NCBI GenBank assembly: GCA_043757265.1
Contig: JAYUQP010000022.1
Coordinates: 8,683-72,682, forward strand
DNA length: 64,000 bases
Source: Bdellovibrionales bacterium
GTDB taxonomy: Bacteria > Bdellovibrionota > Bdellovibrionia > Bdellovibrionales > JAGQZY01
Reading direction: 5' to 3'
The first letter of the stretch is position 1, and each line of letters opens with the position of its first letter. Under the pieces are notes generated by a model. The model saw only the letters and a list, made by a program, of their open reading frames with translations, did no database searches and was not told where the DNA came from. This document shows positions 46,501-54,763 of this stretch, one piece after another. The position numbers and the translations under genes were made by a program.

Positions 46501-47624
46501 TGGCGGTTAGCGACGTGGATCGAATTTTAACGGCCTATCACGAAGTGGGCCATGAGATTGTTTCAGAAGTTTATTTTGGTGATCGCGTACGCCCGAAATA
46601 TATTTCGATCATCGAAGGCGTGACTCTTATTGGAGCTTCCTTTGTCCACTACGCAGGAATCCGCGTCGGGCAACCCCTTTCCGCCGGTCCGCGCACAAAA
46701 CAGGTTGTTCTTCGCGAAGCTGCTGTTTTGTATGGTGGCTATGTGGCCCAGCAGCTGGTTACGATAGGAGGTCGTCATGACTCTGGGAAAAAGAATGATT
46801 TCCATCGTGCCACACGACTTATTCAAAATGCCATTCTTCGCGATGGACTCTCGGACGAGTGGGGGAAAAGGTCCATTCCAGACAACGTAAAAACTGGCGA
46901 CTACATTGATCAAGAACTTTCTCCCGAGGAAAAAGCCAAACTCAATCACATCACAGATCGTTGGATGAGCTACGCTGAGCAATTTGCACGCGAAGCTTTA
47001 TATGTGAACATGGATCGACTTTTTGTGGTTCTCGGCAAGCGTCTTTCGGAAAAAGGTTTCCTAGATCAAAAAGCAATTTCTGAAATTCACGATCGATTTT
47101 CTCCGGTCACTGAAAGAACAGTAGACTTTGCCGGCAAATTAGATGAAGTGCGCAAAGTCATCGCACTTATTGAGCAGAGCGGGGCTAACGTAGGATCGGT
47201 TCTTGAAAACAAATTCCGCACAAGAGCCTACAGCGTTGATAACGCCCACGAGGCCTTTAACCTAGTAATGAAAGCGTCGAGGAAAGCAGGTTTATTTGAA
47301 AAAGTCCGTACGTACTTTTTTCCTCCCTGGGATAAATTGACGGAGCTTCAAAAAACTGTTGCGGCCTCTTACCTTGGAAACAAAATATCTGATTTGAGTC
47401 GTGATGCACGCATCGCCGGCGAATACTGGATGCCAGAATCTGTTGCCAACATTGATGAAATCATCAAAGAAGAGCGCCTTCGCGAAACTCGTCCCGTCAC
47501 TGATTTAGCTCGCTTTGAAATCTTAAAACAAGATTTAATGGTTTCGGAAGAGACCATCGAAGACATTCAAAGATCAGTCACCCAAAAATCAACAGCGGCG
47601 CTTTCTTGTAAAAACATTTTCTGA
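43584..47624 (+). CDS. fusion protein: export-type N-terminus, two Clp/Hsp100 D2-type AAA+ modules and a C-terminal FtsH-type M41 zinc peptidase
   Basis: 1346 aa. Module 1 has 'GLPGNGKD' and 'IFVNEAH' (degenerate Walker A/B). Module 2 has 'GKTSTGKT' and 'FIFDEA' (canonical). The C-terminus 'TAYHEVGHEIV...ISIIEGVTLIG...LYGGYVAQQLV...KKNDFHRATRLIQNAI' parallels FtsH M41. Confidence 0.8.
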   Translation: MKVQKIRFAACSQFLFLFLFAQSFADINESSALKTYKERLRVIENSLNPAEMYEATKDLVPTNESFEILKQTLAHLPDRHNNGDFEKAFNPENTIMILLEAFEKHASSVDIELLADLNRWADLSHLEEVVQQKIIQTAIYLKNISSARKLVSMNTLYPSSGIRPSPTTLRLAGPSPQKISDAHQSALIEIERFYRSMKDRVVGQDDILKSFRSLYISDLISGGRRIEPEVFYLMGLPGNGKDTIAEAYIDALWNMRDAHVSHMYRINIRTKEEAWSLFGSSKGYVGSADLPSFLKFLVEHSGGKYILGSEATPQGTRTIVEKNTTWKADEFTLRAPSHKAVIFVNEAHNIPRAVKDNILKQAIERGIFPITNPGSTPNAVSQIQLPVTFIFASNEGIDLLEPREKNGARLGKPLSFDRLLENYERVFKDKERLKQAIMKGNGELNNPNHPDQPGTSEEFLNRFPDHRVHLLRPLSPENLQRIAEILIKAESNKLKNASGRLGQYTVTLSEEAIRFITQYDSIPSENSRPIKARLKSFVFDEIFQAIESKEIKPSSLVQDIYVDIQLNPDGSRSAHFKITDSNPTSYEFWSVIDQTLKDVPQEPLSRDRIEAILKMRQQILDNVFGVEHIVDKLIEAAIVSESESRNAGESKRPATVMAFLGKTSTGKTETAKQYVKARYGTHERLETIDFNGIRDLQAMNARILGTFDARNNPIASDFMKAYDRAPDGNIAFIFDEAANSPRELLKGLYEILREPVVSGFSDGKPRPMKNVTIILTGNAGEQIYNLIPKDLPTDVYERAMREVFRIFLNNADLQQRILAETFPDAFIARLGNNVYHFGPLKDSGKRQVAQLKLLKGLEGLKPKNSERGWNMVFAKESDILDLFDLIEKEGFNSAHQGASIDSFVRLSIIDKIKAKLLSENVANGQDVMIEVAKESIVRSDRDVSNSFRHMKIITEAGQEFIVEIPISKRTTSMAVSDVDRILTAYHEVGHEIVSEVYFGDRVRPKYISIIEGVTLIGASFVHYAGIRVGQPLSAGPRTKQVVLREAAVLYGGYVAQQLVTIGGRHDSGKKNDFHRATRLIQNAILRDGLSDEWGKRSIPDNVKTGDYIDQELSPEEKAKLNHITDRWMSYAEQFAREALYVNMDRLFVVLGKRLSEKGFLDQKAISEIHDRFSPVTERTVDFAGKLDEVRKVIALIEQSGANVGSVLENKFRTRAYSVDNAHEAFNLVMKASRKAGLFEKVRTYFFPPWDKLTELQKTVAASYLGNKISDLSRDARIAGEYWMPESVANIDEIIKEERLRETRPVTDLARFEILKQDLMVSEETIEDIQRSVTQKSTAALSCKNIF

Positions 47625-47761
47625 GTTTGTGTGTTTTACGTTGCGCCTAGCTCATCATCCAAAATGAGCTAAATAAAAAATGGCACCGTTGCTACCTTGA
47701 GGACGGTACGACTCAACGACATTGGAACAAGGGGTGCGAAAACACACAATTCTTTGTTGCC

Positions 47762-49003
47762 TTAAGGTACGTAAGCTATGGTGTTTCTCGTGGTGTAACC
47801 TAAATCAGTGCATGCCGTGACATAAATTGAAGCCATAAAGCGATTTGTCGTCGGATTCCAACATCTGTACAAGGGTTTAGTCGCGAACAAAGTGGCAACG
47901 GTGGATGCGTATCCGATCAAGCTTGCCGTTTCCGTCGTTGAATTACAGCCCGTTGCAATCCGAGTATTTTTAGTTGTATTTATTTGACAGTTAAAAAGAG
48001 CCGTCGAATTTTGCGGTAGCGCCTGGTTGTAAGCTCGAAAGCTTATAGTCTCTGCTACATAAAGGACAGGAGTCGCCGCTCCGTCAGGCAAAAACAGATA
48101 AAATTTTGAAGCCGGGTTTTGAAACTTTCGGATGTTTCTTTGACCTGTGGGAGCAGCGCCGGCTATTTGGTAAGGCTTAGGTCCGTACATTTGATAGACG
48201 TATCGTTTGTCCTCAGAACTTAATGCTCCTCTCACTGTAACCGCTGTTCCGATAATATCATCGTATTGGCCACTGGGAGTAAATATCGTTTGCAAGCCCG
48301 GTTTAGAGCCACTGTTTTTAGTGTAATGCATAATTGAATAATAATCGTAGGGGCCCGACCGAGTTATTTCTATAGCGCTATAAATGTCGAATGCCGCAAT
48401 CGACTCGGTTCGAACATTGTTGAATTCAACTCGAATATAGCTATTGCGGTCTGGTCTTGCATGTTCGTGAATAAGGCCAAGTAAATGGCCGAATTCGTGT
48501 TGGATGATGCCACCATTAGGTGCCGTAAAACAACGGGCCGGATCTAAATTTATGTACGCAACGTTTGTTGTCGTTTTAAACCCATAGGTCGAACTGCAAC
48601 GACCGGTTTCACGAAAAATGTATACGATCGGTGTTGGTTCAGAGCTCTGCCATCCTGCTGACACGATACATTTTAAATTGGCCCACTTAGCCCATGCATT
48701 ACAGGCGGCAATAATCGTCGTTCGCTCAGCTGAAGTAAACTCACTGTGAATCCACATTCGTACTTCGCCGTTAGGCCACCTTGGTGCTGTGGCGAGTTTT
48801 GCTTTACCATCGAGGCCAGTTTGGTTTTCATCAAAGATGTACATATCGTCGCCGACAAGAGTCGTTCCTATTTGTTGCTCTGCAAGGCCCATCGAACCAG
48901 CAATCGACGAAGTCGTCGCATCTCTCCCACAATTGTTAAAGAGCGGAAAAAAAACGAAGCTGAAACCAGCCATCAGCATGACAAGTATGTTTTTCTTATG
49001 CAT
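47762..49003 (-). CDS. astacin-family (M12A) zinc metalloprotease lipoprotein with a C-terminal repeat domain
   Basis: Lipobox-like FPLFNN/CGRD. 'HEFGHLLGLIHEHARPDRNSYI' is the astacin HExxHxxGxxHE signature and 'YYSIMHY' is the Met-turn. The C-terminal ~150 aa has three 'YR.(W/Y)N...' repeats. Confidence 0.85.
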   Translation of the reverse strand: MHKKNILVMLMAGFSFVFFPLFNNCGRDATTSSIAGSMGLAEQQIGTTLVGDDMYIFDENQTGLDGKAKLATAPRWPNGEVRMWIHSEFTSAERTTIIAACNAWAKWANLKCIVSAGWQSSEPTPIVYIFRETGRCSSTYGFKTTTNVAYINLDPARCFTAPNGGIIQHEFGHLLGLIHEHARPDRNSYIRVEFNNVRTESIAAFDIYSAIEITRSGPYDYYSIMHYTKNSGSKPGLQTIFTPSGQYDDIIGTAVTVRGALSSEDKRYVYQMYGPKPYQIAGAAPTGQRNIRKFQNPASKFYLFLPDGAATPVLYVAETISFRAYNQALPQNSTALFNCQINTTKNTRIATGCNSTTETASLIGYASTVATLFATKPLYRCWNPTTNRFMASIYVTACTDLGYTTRNTIAYVP

Positions 49004-49266
49004 TTTGACTCCTCAAACCCTAGCGCACTAATCGGAGATTCCGCTGGGGAAATCAAGAGAATGAATCAAAATAAATTGAATATGGCATGCGACGTGAATG
49101 AATATGATGAGGACATATCAGGAAATAAATGGACTACAATTTTCTCAGATCGGGACACTCACAATGACACAAACTCATTTTTTCGATTTTAATTGGAAAC
49201 TGAGGCACTTCGTCAACCGCTGATGGCTCGCGTGTTCCAAACAATCGATGCCATTGCTAATACTGC

Positions 49267-50658
49267 TCAGACAAGCAAGACTTTCAATTTAGAACCTTTG
49301 ATTTTAGAAGAACCTAATTTCTTAAGTGCTTTTTCTACCTCAGAGGATTTGATCGCAACATAGCTAAACCGTTCATGGACTTCAATCTTACCCACGTCGG
49401 ATCCCTCTAAGGCGTCAGGCTCTGACGTCAGTGTCCCCAAAATATCACCAGGGCGCAGTTTGTGGCTTTTACCACCTGAAATATGCAGCGTGCGATTCAC
49501 TGATTTTTGCATTTCGGAAGAAAACGCCACATCGCCTTGCACTTCAAGCATGGGACGGATCATTTTGACGCCAGTTGTTTCTTCGATGTCAGCAACCATT
49601 GGGATCTCGTAGTCCGTGGCGATGGAGACTGCCGTGCCTTTTCGACCTGCGCGTCCCGTGCGACCAATGCGATGCACATAGATCTCGGTGCTTGATGGCA
49701 TATCCATATTGATCACAAGCTCCAACGTATCGATATCCAGTCCGCGAGCTGCCACGTCGGTGGCCACAAGAACTCGTAAACTTCCATTTCGAAACAGCGT
49801 GGTTACTTTATCGCGATCAAACTGCTCAAGATCCCCATGTAGAACTCCGCAGCTCACCTTGTGCTTAGCCAATTGCTGTCCGATTTGCGCCACCGTTGTT
49901 TTCATCCGGCAGAAGATCAAAGTGCACTGCGAGGGGTGGTTTTTGAGAATTTGCAAAAGTGTTTGTTCTTTTTGCGGATTTTCGCTTGCATATAAATACT
50001 GTTCGATCTGCGGAGAGGTTTTTAGATTTGTCTCAATCGTAATTCGTTCGGCGTTTTTTTGATAGCGGTCCGATAAAACCTCCACACCTTCAGGAAAGGT
50101 CGCCGAAAAAAATACGGTTTGTCGATCCACAGGTAGCAGTTCGATAATGGCCGTGAGCTCGTCGGTGAAGCCTTCTTCCAACATGCGATCGGCTTCGTCC
50201 AATACGAATATTTTTAGCCGATCCACCTGAGCATTTCGCTCTTTGAGGTGCTCTAGAGTTCGACCAGGAGTTCCTACAATCAACTGCGCACCTCGCTCCA
50301 GAGCTTGAGTTTGTGGAGGGTAAGGTTGTCCACCCACGAGGGCCACGGTTTGCAGCCCCGGAAAGGCTTTTGAAAACTTCCGGCACTCCCGCAACACCTG
50401 ATCGCTCAGCTCTCGCGTGGGGCAAAGAATTAGCGCCTGTGCGTGCATCTGGTTCACTTGGATTTTTTCAAGAATTGGAATTATAAATGCGGCAGTTTTT
50501 CCGCTTCCAGTTTGCGACTGCCCCACAAGATCTTTTCCCGCAAGCAGCAGCGGCAAACTTGCAGCCTGAATGGGTGTCATTTCCGAAAAGCCCATTTCGG
50601 CAATCAGTTTTAGAAGGGCTGGTGACAGCGGGAGCGAATTAAAGTTTTTAAAGCTCAT
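49267..50658 (-). CDS. dbpA: ATP-dependent DEAD-box RNA helicase DbpA
   Basis: Q-motif 'MTPIQAASLP', 'SQTGSGKT', 'VLDEADRML' and 'SAT' are all present. The C-terminal DbpA RNA-binding domain is 'GGKSHKLRPGDILGTL...IGKIEVHERFSYVAI'. Confidence 0.9.
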   Translation of the reverse strand: MSFKNFNSLPLSPALLKLIAEMGFSEMTPIQAASLPLLLAGKDLVGQSQTGSGKTAAFIIPILEKIQVNQMHAQALILCPTRELSDQVLRECRKFSKAFPGLQTVALVGGQPYPPQTQALERGAQLIVGTPGRTLEHLKERNAQVDRLKIFVLDEADRMLEEGFTDELTAIIELLPVDRQTVFFSATFPEGVEVLSDRYQKNAERITIETNLKTSPQIEQYLYASENPQKEQTLLQILKNHPSQCTLIFCRMKTTVAQIGQQLAKHKVSCGVLHGDLEQFDRDKVTTLFRNGSLRVLVATDVAARGLDIDTLELVINMDMPSSTEIYVHRIGRTGRAGRKGTAVSIATDYEIPMVADIEETTGVKMIRPMLEVQGDVAFSSEMQKSVNRTLHISGGKSHKLRPGDILGTLTSEPDALEGSDVGKIEVHERFSYVAIKSSEVEKALKKLGSSKIKGSKLKVLLV

Positions 50659-50700
50659 ATAATAAATCCTTAAATTAATCTTCGGCGAACAGTTAAGTCT

Positions 50701-51429
50701 TTAGGAGCACTTCATTTGTTCTCGACGGTACTGGCCCGTTTCGGACTTCGCATTCGATTCTATGATAAAGTGCAGTTGCCGTTCGACCATATACTCAAAG
50801 GCAGTCAAAAGTCGATCATGAAGGCGGCTTTTTACATCAAAGCCCCGCGATTCGCCCACAAGCTCTATAGTGTGATGAATGGCCTCAATCGTTGAGTAGC
50901 ATTGGGGATGGGGCTGTTTACGCACGCGGAAGTTGGAGGGTTTCGTTGGCGAAAAACAAACTCGCGGCAGATATTTTAGATTTTCACTTAGGCGCACCAT
51001 CTTCCGCGCGGTTGCCCAAGTTCCATCCACCACAAACACACGCAACTTTTTGTTTTTTGGAAACATTTGTGCTTTCTGTTCTTCTTGCAACAGCGAAAAA
51101 TTTTGCGACGTGGGCCCTGGGTATAACACAACGGAGTGATAATCTTTGTCGTCGATAAGCTTATTTACGATCGGGTCGTCGGAGTAGTTCTGGCCTTTGA
51201 TCAAAAAAGAGTTTTGCAGCGTAAGGTGTGACATTCTCCCCGTAGCGATTCGCCGTTTCACTTCAATGGGATGGATAAGTACGACAAAACTAATACGCGG
51301 ATCGAAGGTAGATATTTGCGCACAGTAACAACAAAAAACTGGCTGCGTGCAGGTTTCACATCGCTCACGGTGTTTGGGCTGCTGTAAAAGCAAGTTAGCC
51401 CGGTTTATTTTGTACTGCGCGAGATTCAT
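50701..51429 (-). CDS. DTW-domain protein (tRNA-uridine aminocarboxypropyltransferase family)
   Basis: The ATG at 51429 is preceded by AAGGTGATG. 'CETCTQPVFCCYCAQ' and 'VFVVDGTWATARKM' (DTW motif) are present. The track's longer start overlaps the upstream gene and reads through a repeat. Confidence 0.8.
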   Translation of the reverse strand: MNLAQYKINRANLLLQQPKHRERCETCTQPVFCCYCAQISTFDPRISFVVLIHPIEVKRRIATGRMSHLTLQNSFLIKGQNYSDDPIVNKLIDDKDYHSVVLYPGPTSQNFSLLQEEQKAQMFPKNKKLRVFVVDGTWATARKMVRLSENLKYLPRVCFSPTKPSNFRVRKQPHPQCYSTIEAIHHTIELVGESRGFDVKSRLHDRLLTAFEYMVERQLHFIIESNAKSETGQYRREQMKCS

Positions 51430-51528
51430 GACATCACCTTTTTTTCCAGCATAAGGGAAAATCACAAACTTCTCAATACAGCAAAAATTTAACTCTCTAA
51501 GACGATCATTGGTCAGGACGTTGAATTG

Positions 51529-51564
51529 AGTCGGACAGTTAGTCGGATGGTTAGTCGGATGGTT
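51529..51564. repeat. 12-bp tandem repeat, 3 units, intergenic
   Basis: Units are agtcggacagtt, agtcggatggtt and agtcggatggtt. They lie immediately 3' of the stop (51566) of the lipoprotein gene and upstream of the DTW gene. Confidence 0.85.
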
Positions 51565-51565
51565 A

Positions 51566-52771
51566 TTAGTACCGTGGACCCGTATTAGAACTTCCAGGCC
51601 GCTTCGGCGATGCGTTTTGTAACTGCGAAAGATCCTTGAATTTTGCAAGACTCGCTTTTACACGCTCTGCCATATCCGGAATAAGTTGTATATCGGGATG
51701 GGACGAAAGGGCCAAGTGCTCAAGTTGTGCATAGCACTTGATCGCCACGGGCGAATGCGGAGAGTTCTCGATACAAGTTTCTAAATAATGTTCTCCAAGT
51801 TTCCATACATCCACAGTCTTAAGCGCTTCGGCCGTGACTCCCGCAAAATACAAAGCCGACGAATATCCAGCCCCCTCTCGAGAACTTTCAAGCAACTCGT
51901 GCAAGATTCCGGATGCCCGTAAGTAAATCATAAATCCCGATTGATTTTGGGCATACTTTGGGGACCTTGCTTGGTCTAATAATCTTTTAACAAACTCTAA
52001 TTTTTTCGGGCTCTTAACGGATTGTTTATCTTCCATCTGCCAATCTTTTAGACTCGTAAGCCACGCCTTCATATCAACCATGAGATACGCTGGAAGGTTC
52101 TTCGCTGATAGAGCTAAGCTTACTAATTTTTGCGCCCGCGGAAGATCCTGTTGCACGCGGACCATCACTGCGAGATCTTTTTGAAGTGATAACATCCACA
52201 TGTTGGGATCGGCTAAAAGTATAGAATCATTTTGGATAATTTTTTCTGTTTCTAAGTGAGCCGTTTCGTACTGACGATTGGCAAGGTAGTAAGTAATTTT
52301 TTGCGTGGAGTTGAGGTGCGAAAGGTTGCTTGCCCACGGCAAAGGAAAATTTTTGCTCCCACGGTCGGCACGGCTATGGCAACTGATGCAATAGTTACCA
52401 AGATGCGAAAGCGTATAATGGGCCGGCCGCAGTTTAGCGCTATCCAGAGATTGACTCGCAGCTTTTAACTCGTTTGAAAACTCCTCTGCTGTAAATGCAA
52501 TTATTGGATCGGCGTTTGGTGCGGTGGTGTCTTTGGTCATTTCAACGGAGGCCTTCATCATTTCGTTGGTTTTTTCGCGAATAAAGGAAAGGTTTTTGGG
52601 ATCATAAAATTCTTTGGGATCCGCTAAGATTGGAGTGAGCGCCGAATGATTCACCGATAACCGGTGCATGGTTTCGTACCAACTGGCACCTCCAGTGGCA
52701 CTTTTTGACGAATTGTCCGTAGTGCATCCTAAGAAAAAACTGATTATGAGAGATAGACGTAAAACGCGCAT
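51566..52771 (-). CDS. lipoprotein with CxxCH heme-binding motif and helical-repeat C-terminal region
   Basis: Lipobox SFFLG/CTTD. 'LGNYCISCHSRADRG' carries the CxxCH motif, followed by a TPR-like helical region. Confidence 0.5.
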   Translation of the reverse strand: MRVLRLSLIISFFLGCTTDNSSKSATGGASWYETMHRLSVNHSALTPILADPKEFYDPKNLSFIREKTNEMMKASVEMTKDTTAPNADPIIAFTAEEFSNELKAASQSLDSAKLRPAHYTLSHLGNYCISCHSRADRGSKNFPLPWASNLSHLNSTQKITYYLANRQYETAHLETEKIIQNDSILLADPNMWMLSLQKDLAVMVRVQQDLPRAQKLVSLALSAKNLPAYLMVDMKAWLTSLKDWQMEDKQSVKSPKKLEFVKRLLDQARSPKYAQNQSGFMIYLRASGILHELLESSREGAGYSSALYFAGVTAEALKTVDVWKLGEHYLETCIENSPHSPVAIKCYAQLEHLALSSHPDIQLIPDMAERVKASLAKFKDLSQLQNASPKRPGSSNTGPRY

Positions 52772-52957
52772 AGGACCCCTTTTGTGAATCTGCTTTCAAC
52801 GTCTCTTTATATGCCATTTTTTTCGAAGTGCTATGAATAGTAATCCACATGGAGATTACTTATAGCGTTTTGACTGAATCTTTTACATCAGGTAACGAGG
52901 ATCAAGAAATTCTAAATACTTATTTACAAATTCGTTCGCTGTCGGCGCTGGCGAATC

Positions 52958-54628
52958 CTACGGCTGCACACATCGCCGCGCATTGGTCAGATATTGCATG
53001 GGTTGATCCAGAACTCGGTTATTGCAGTACACCTGATTGTTTGGCGCATCGGTCGATTCACGATGAAGGTAAATCAGCATTCGATCAGGACTGGTGTTGT
53101 TGAGCTCGCCAGTATTATTGTCGAAAATATTAAAATTTCCCTGCCCCGGAGTTAAAACGATCTGCTTAAAACCCCGCACAGGAGTGTTTCGACCCATGTT
53201 GTTTTTAATAACCCAATAGTTGCCTTTGATATTGACCCACGACTCGGCAGAGTTTACTTGCGAGATACCACGCCCATCAAACTGATTGCCTTCGATAAGA
53301 CCTCGCGACGTAAACTCTTTGATGTCGATGTGCTCAGCTGTGATTCCCGGTCCAAATTGATTATTTAAAATCTGATTGTAATCACTGGCGTCTTCGATGC
53401 CTTTGTTGAGAGAAGATCCGATGTAAACTCCCTCGCCAATACCTTCCGCACCCCGTTCAAGTCCGGTGTTGTAAAACCGGCTATTTTCGATCACGTTATG
53501 GTGACTCCACAGCATAAGATGGAGAGCTTCGTGTCCCACATCGTGGACCACGAGGCGTTCGAAGCGGCTGAAGTTTGTCCCCTCGGCCATGAGACCTTTC
53601 ATCCCTAGCGAAAAATCAATTTGTGAAACACGAACGTACTGACTATTTTTTAAAGTTAAAATTCTTTTTCCAGAAGTCGCACCGGGACCTACGATTTTTG
53701 CAGCGCCATCACCACACAAGGTGATCATTTTTGTACTTGTGCCGCGCAGATTTTCGAACACCACCGAATCTAGAAGATAAGTTCCTGCAGCAAGGACAAA
53801 TAAATCTCCAGCCACTGCACGTGTTGGGAGCGCCCGTAAATCTGCAACATTCGAGATGACAATTTTTCGATCATGCGGGTAACGATCGCAACTTGAGGAC
53901 GTGGGCGGAGGCGGAGGAGTTATCGGCGGTAGAGGCTGCTGCGGGAGGACCGTACAGGCTGCAAAAGAATGGGCCGTATTCCCACCGAGAACTCCGTTTG
54001 TGCAAGTGCGATTGCTGCTAACACAAGTAGCGCCAAAACTGACTGTGCCACTGGCATAGGCTACAACTGAGGAATTGTGCGCAACCGTTTGCCCATTGAA
54101 TGTACAGGCAAGGGGTGCATCTACGGAGCAGCTAGATCTGGTATAAGTGCCACTGAGAATTCCATCATTGCAACGTCTTTGCTCTTGCATGCAGACCTGC
54201 CCGTAGACCACTCGGCTCGAGAGATACGCACCCACAGTTGCATCATGTGCAATTGTTCTTGTGTTGAATAGACAGGAATTTTTACTTTCTGGAAGGGTGC
54301 TGCAGCTTGCGAAGCCAAAAGAGCCAGAGAGAACTCCACCAGAGCAGGTGCGAGTTTCTTTTTGCGCACAGCTAGCGGAAACGCTTACCTGGTACGCCTC
54401 GACCGATGCACCGTCTGCCAACACCGACCCATTGAATAAGCATTGCAGTACGGTTGGCTCCTTGATTACCGGCTCGGTAATGACAGGCATGCATGTTTCA
54501 CCCTCGCAGCTGTTCTGGCTCTCTGAAGAACTTGTGAAAGTCTCATAGCCTTGACCGCAGTTTTGGAAGGGTAAAAAACAAACCAGAACTAAGATGATGA
54601 TAAAGCTTTTTTTTCTGATTCTACGCAT
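52958..54628 (-). CDS. lipoprotein with three Cys-rich ~50-aa repeats, a Pro-rich linker and a right-handed parallel beta-helix domain
   Basis: FQNC lipobox (LPFQN/CGQG). Repeats follow 'C.FNG..(A/V).(D/H).(A/S).V.AY......C....R.C..G.LSG....SC'. The linker is 'PLPPITPPPPPT'. PbH1-like turns are 'NSRFYNTG', 'NNQFGPGITAEHIDI' and 'GNQFDGRG'. Confidence 0.65.
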   Translation of the reverse strand: MRRIRKKSFIIILVLVCFLPFQNCGQGYETFTSSSESQNSCEGETCMPVITEPVIKEPTVLQCLFNGSVLADGASVEAYQVSVSASCAQKETRTCSGGVLSGSFGFASCSTLPESKNSCLFNTRTIAHDATVGAYLSSRVVYGQVCMQEQRRCNDGILSGTYTRSSCSVDAPLACTFNGQTVAHNSSVVAYASGTVSFGATCVSSNRTCTNGVLGGNTAHSFAACTVLPQQPLPPITPPPPPTSSSCDRYPHDRKIVISNVADLRALPTRAVAGDLFVLAAGTYLLDSVVFENLRGTSTKMITLCGDGAAKIVGPGATSGKRILTLKNSQYVRVSQIDFSLGMKGLMAEGTNFSRFERLVVHDVGHEALHLMLWSHHNVIENSRFYNTGLERGAEGIGEGVYIGSSLNKGIEDASDYNQILNNQFGPGITAEHIDIKEFTSRGLIEGNQFDGRGISQVNSAESWVNIKGNYWVIKNNMGRNTPVRGFKQIVLTPGQGNFNIFDNNTGELNNTSPDRMLIYLHRESTDAPNNQVYCNNRVLDQPMQYLTNARRCVQP

Positions 54629-54763
54629 TGGACTTCCCCCTCAAATACCTATAACTTCTATTGAATCATATTTTCAGGTTTAAGAGCCGAAATTGTCGCG
54701 TTCTTTCTAATACTGAGACGGACGAAAGTGTGGCTCAAAATCATACAAAAAAGGAATTGAATA

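Noticed and set aside
47648-47672. Hairpin (agctcat..atgagct) after the AAA+/M41 gene as a rho-independent terminator
   Set aside because: The stem is only 7 bp and AT-rich. On the plus strand it is followed by an A-rich rather than T-rich run, and on the minus strand the T-run precedes the stem. It is not convincing for either convergent gene.
50701-51648. Longer 315-aa version of the DTW gene with an 'HPTNHPTN' N-terminus
   Set aside because: The extension reads through the intergenic 12-bp repeat and overlaps the upstream lipoprotein gene by 83 nt. The ATG at 51429 has a good RBS, and DTW proteins start near the CxxC..CxC motif.
52849-53103. 84-aa plus-strand ORF
   Set aside because: It largely overlaps the 3' end of the beta-helix lipoprotein gene on the opposite strand, and it has no RBS or motif.
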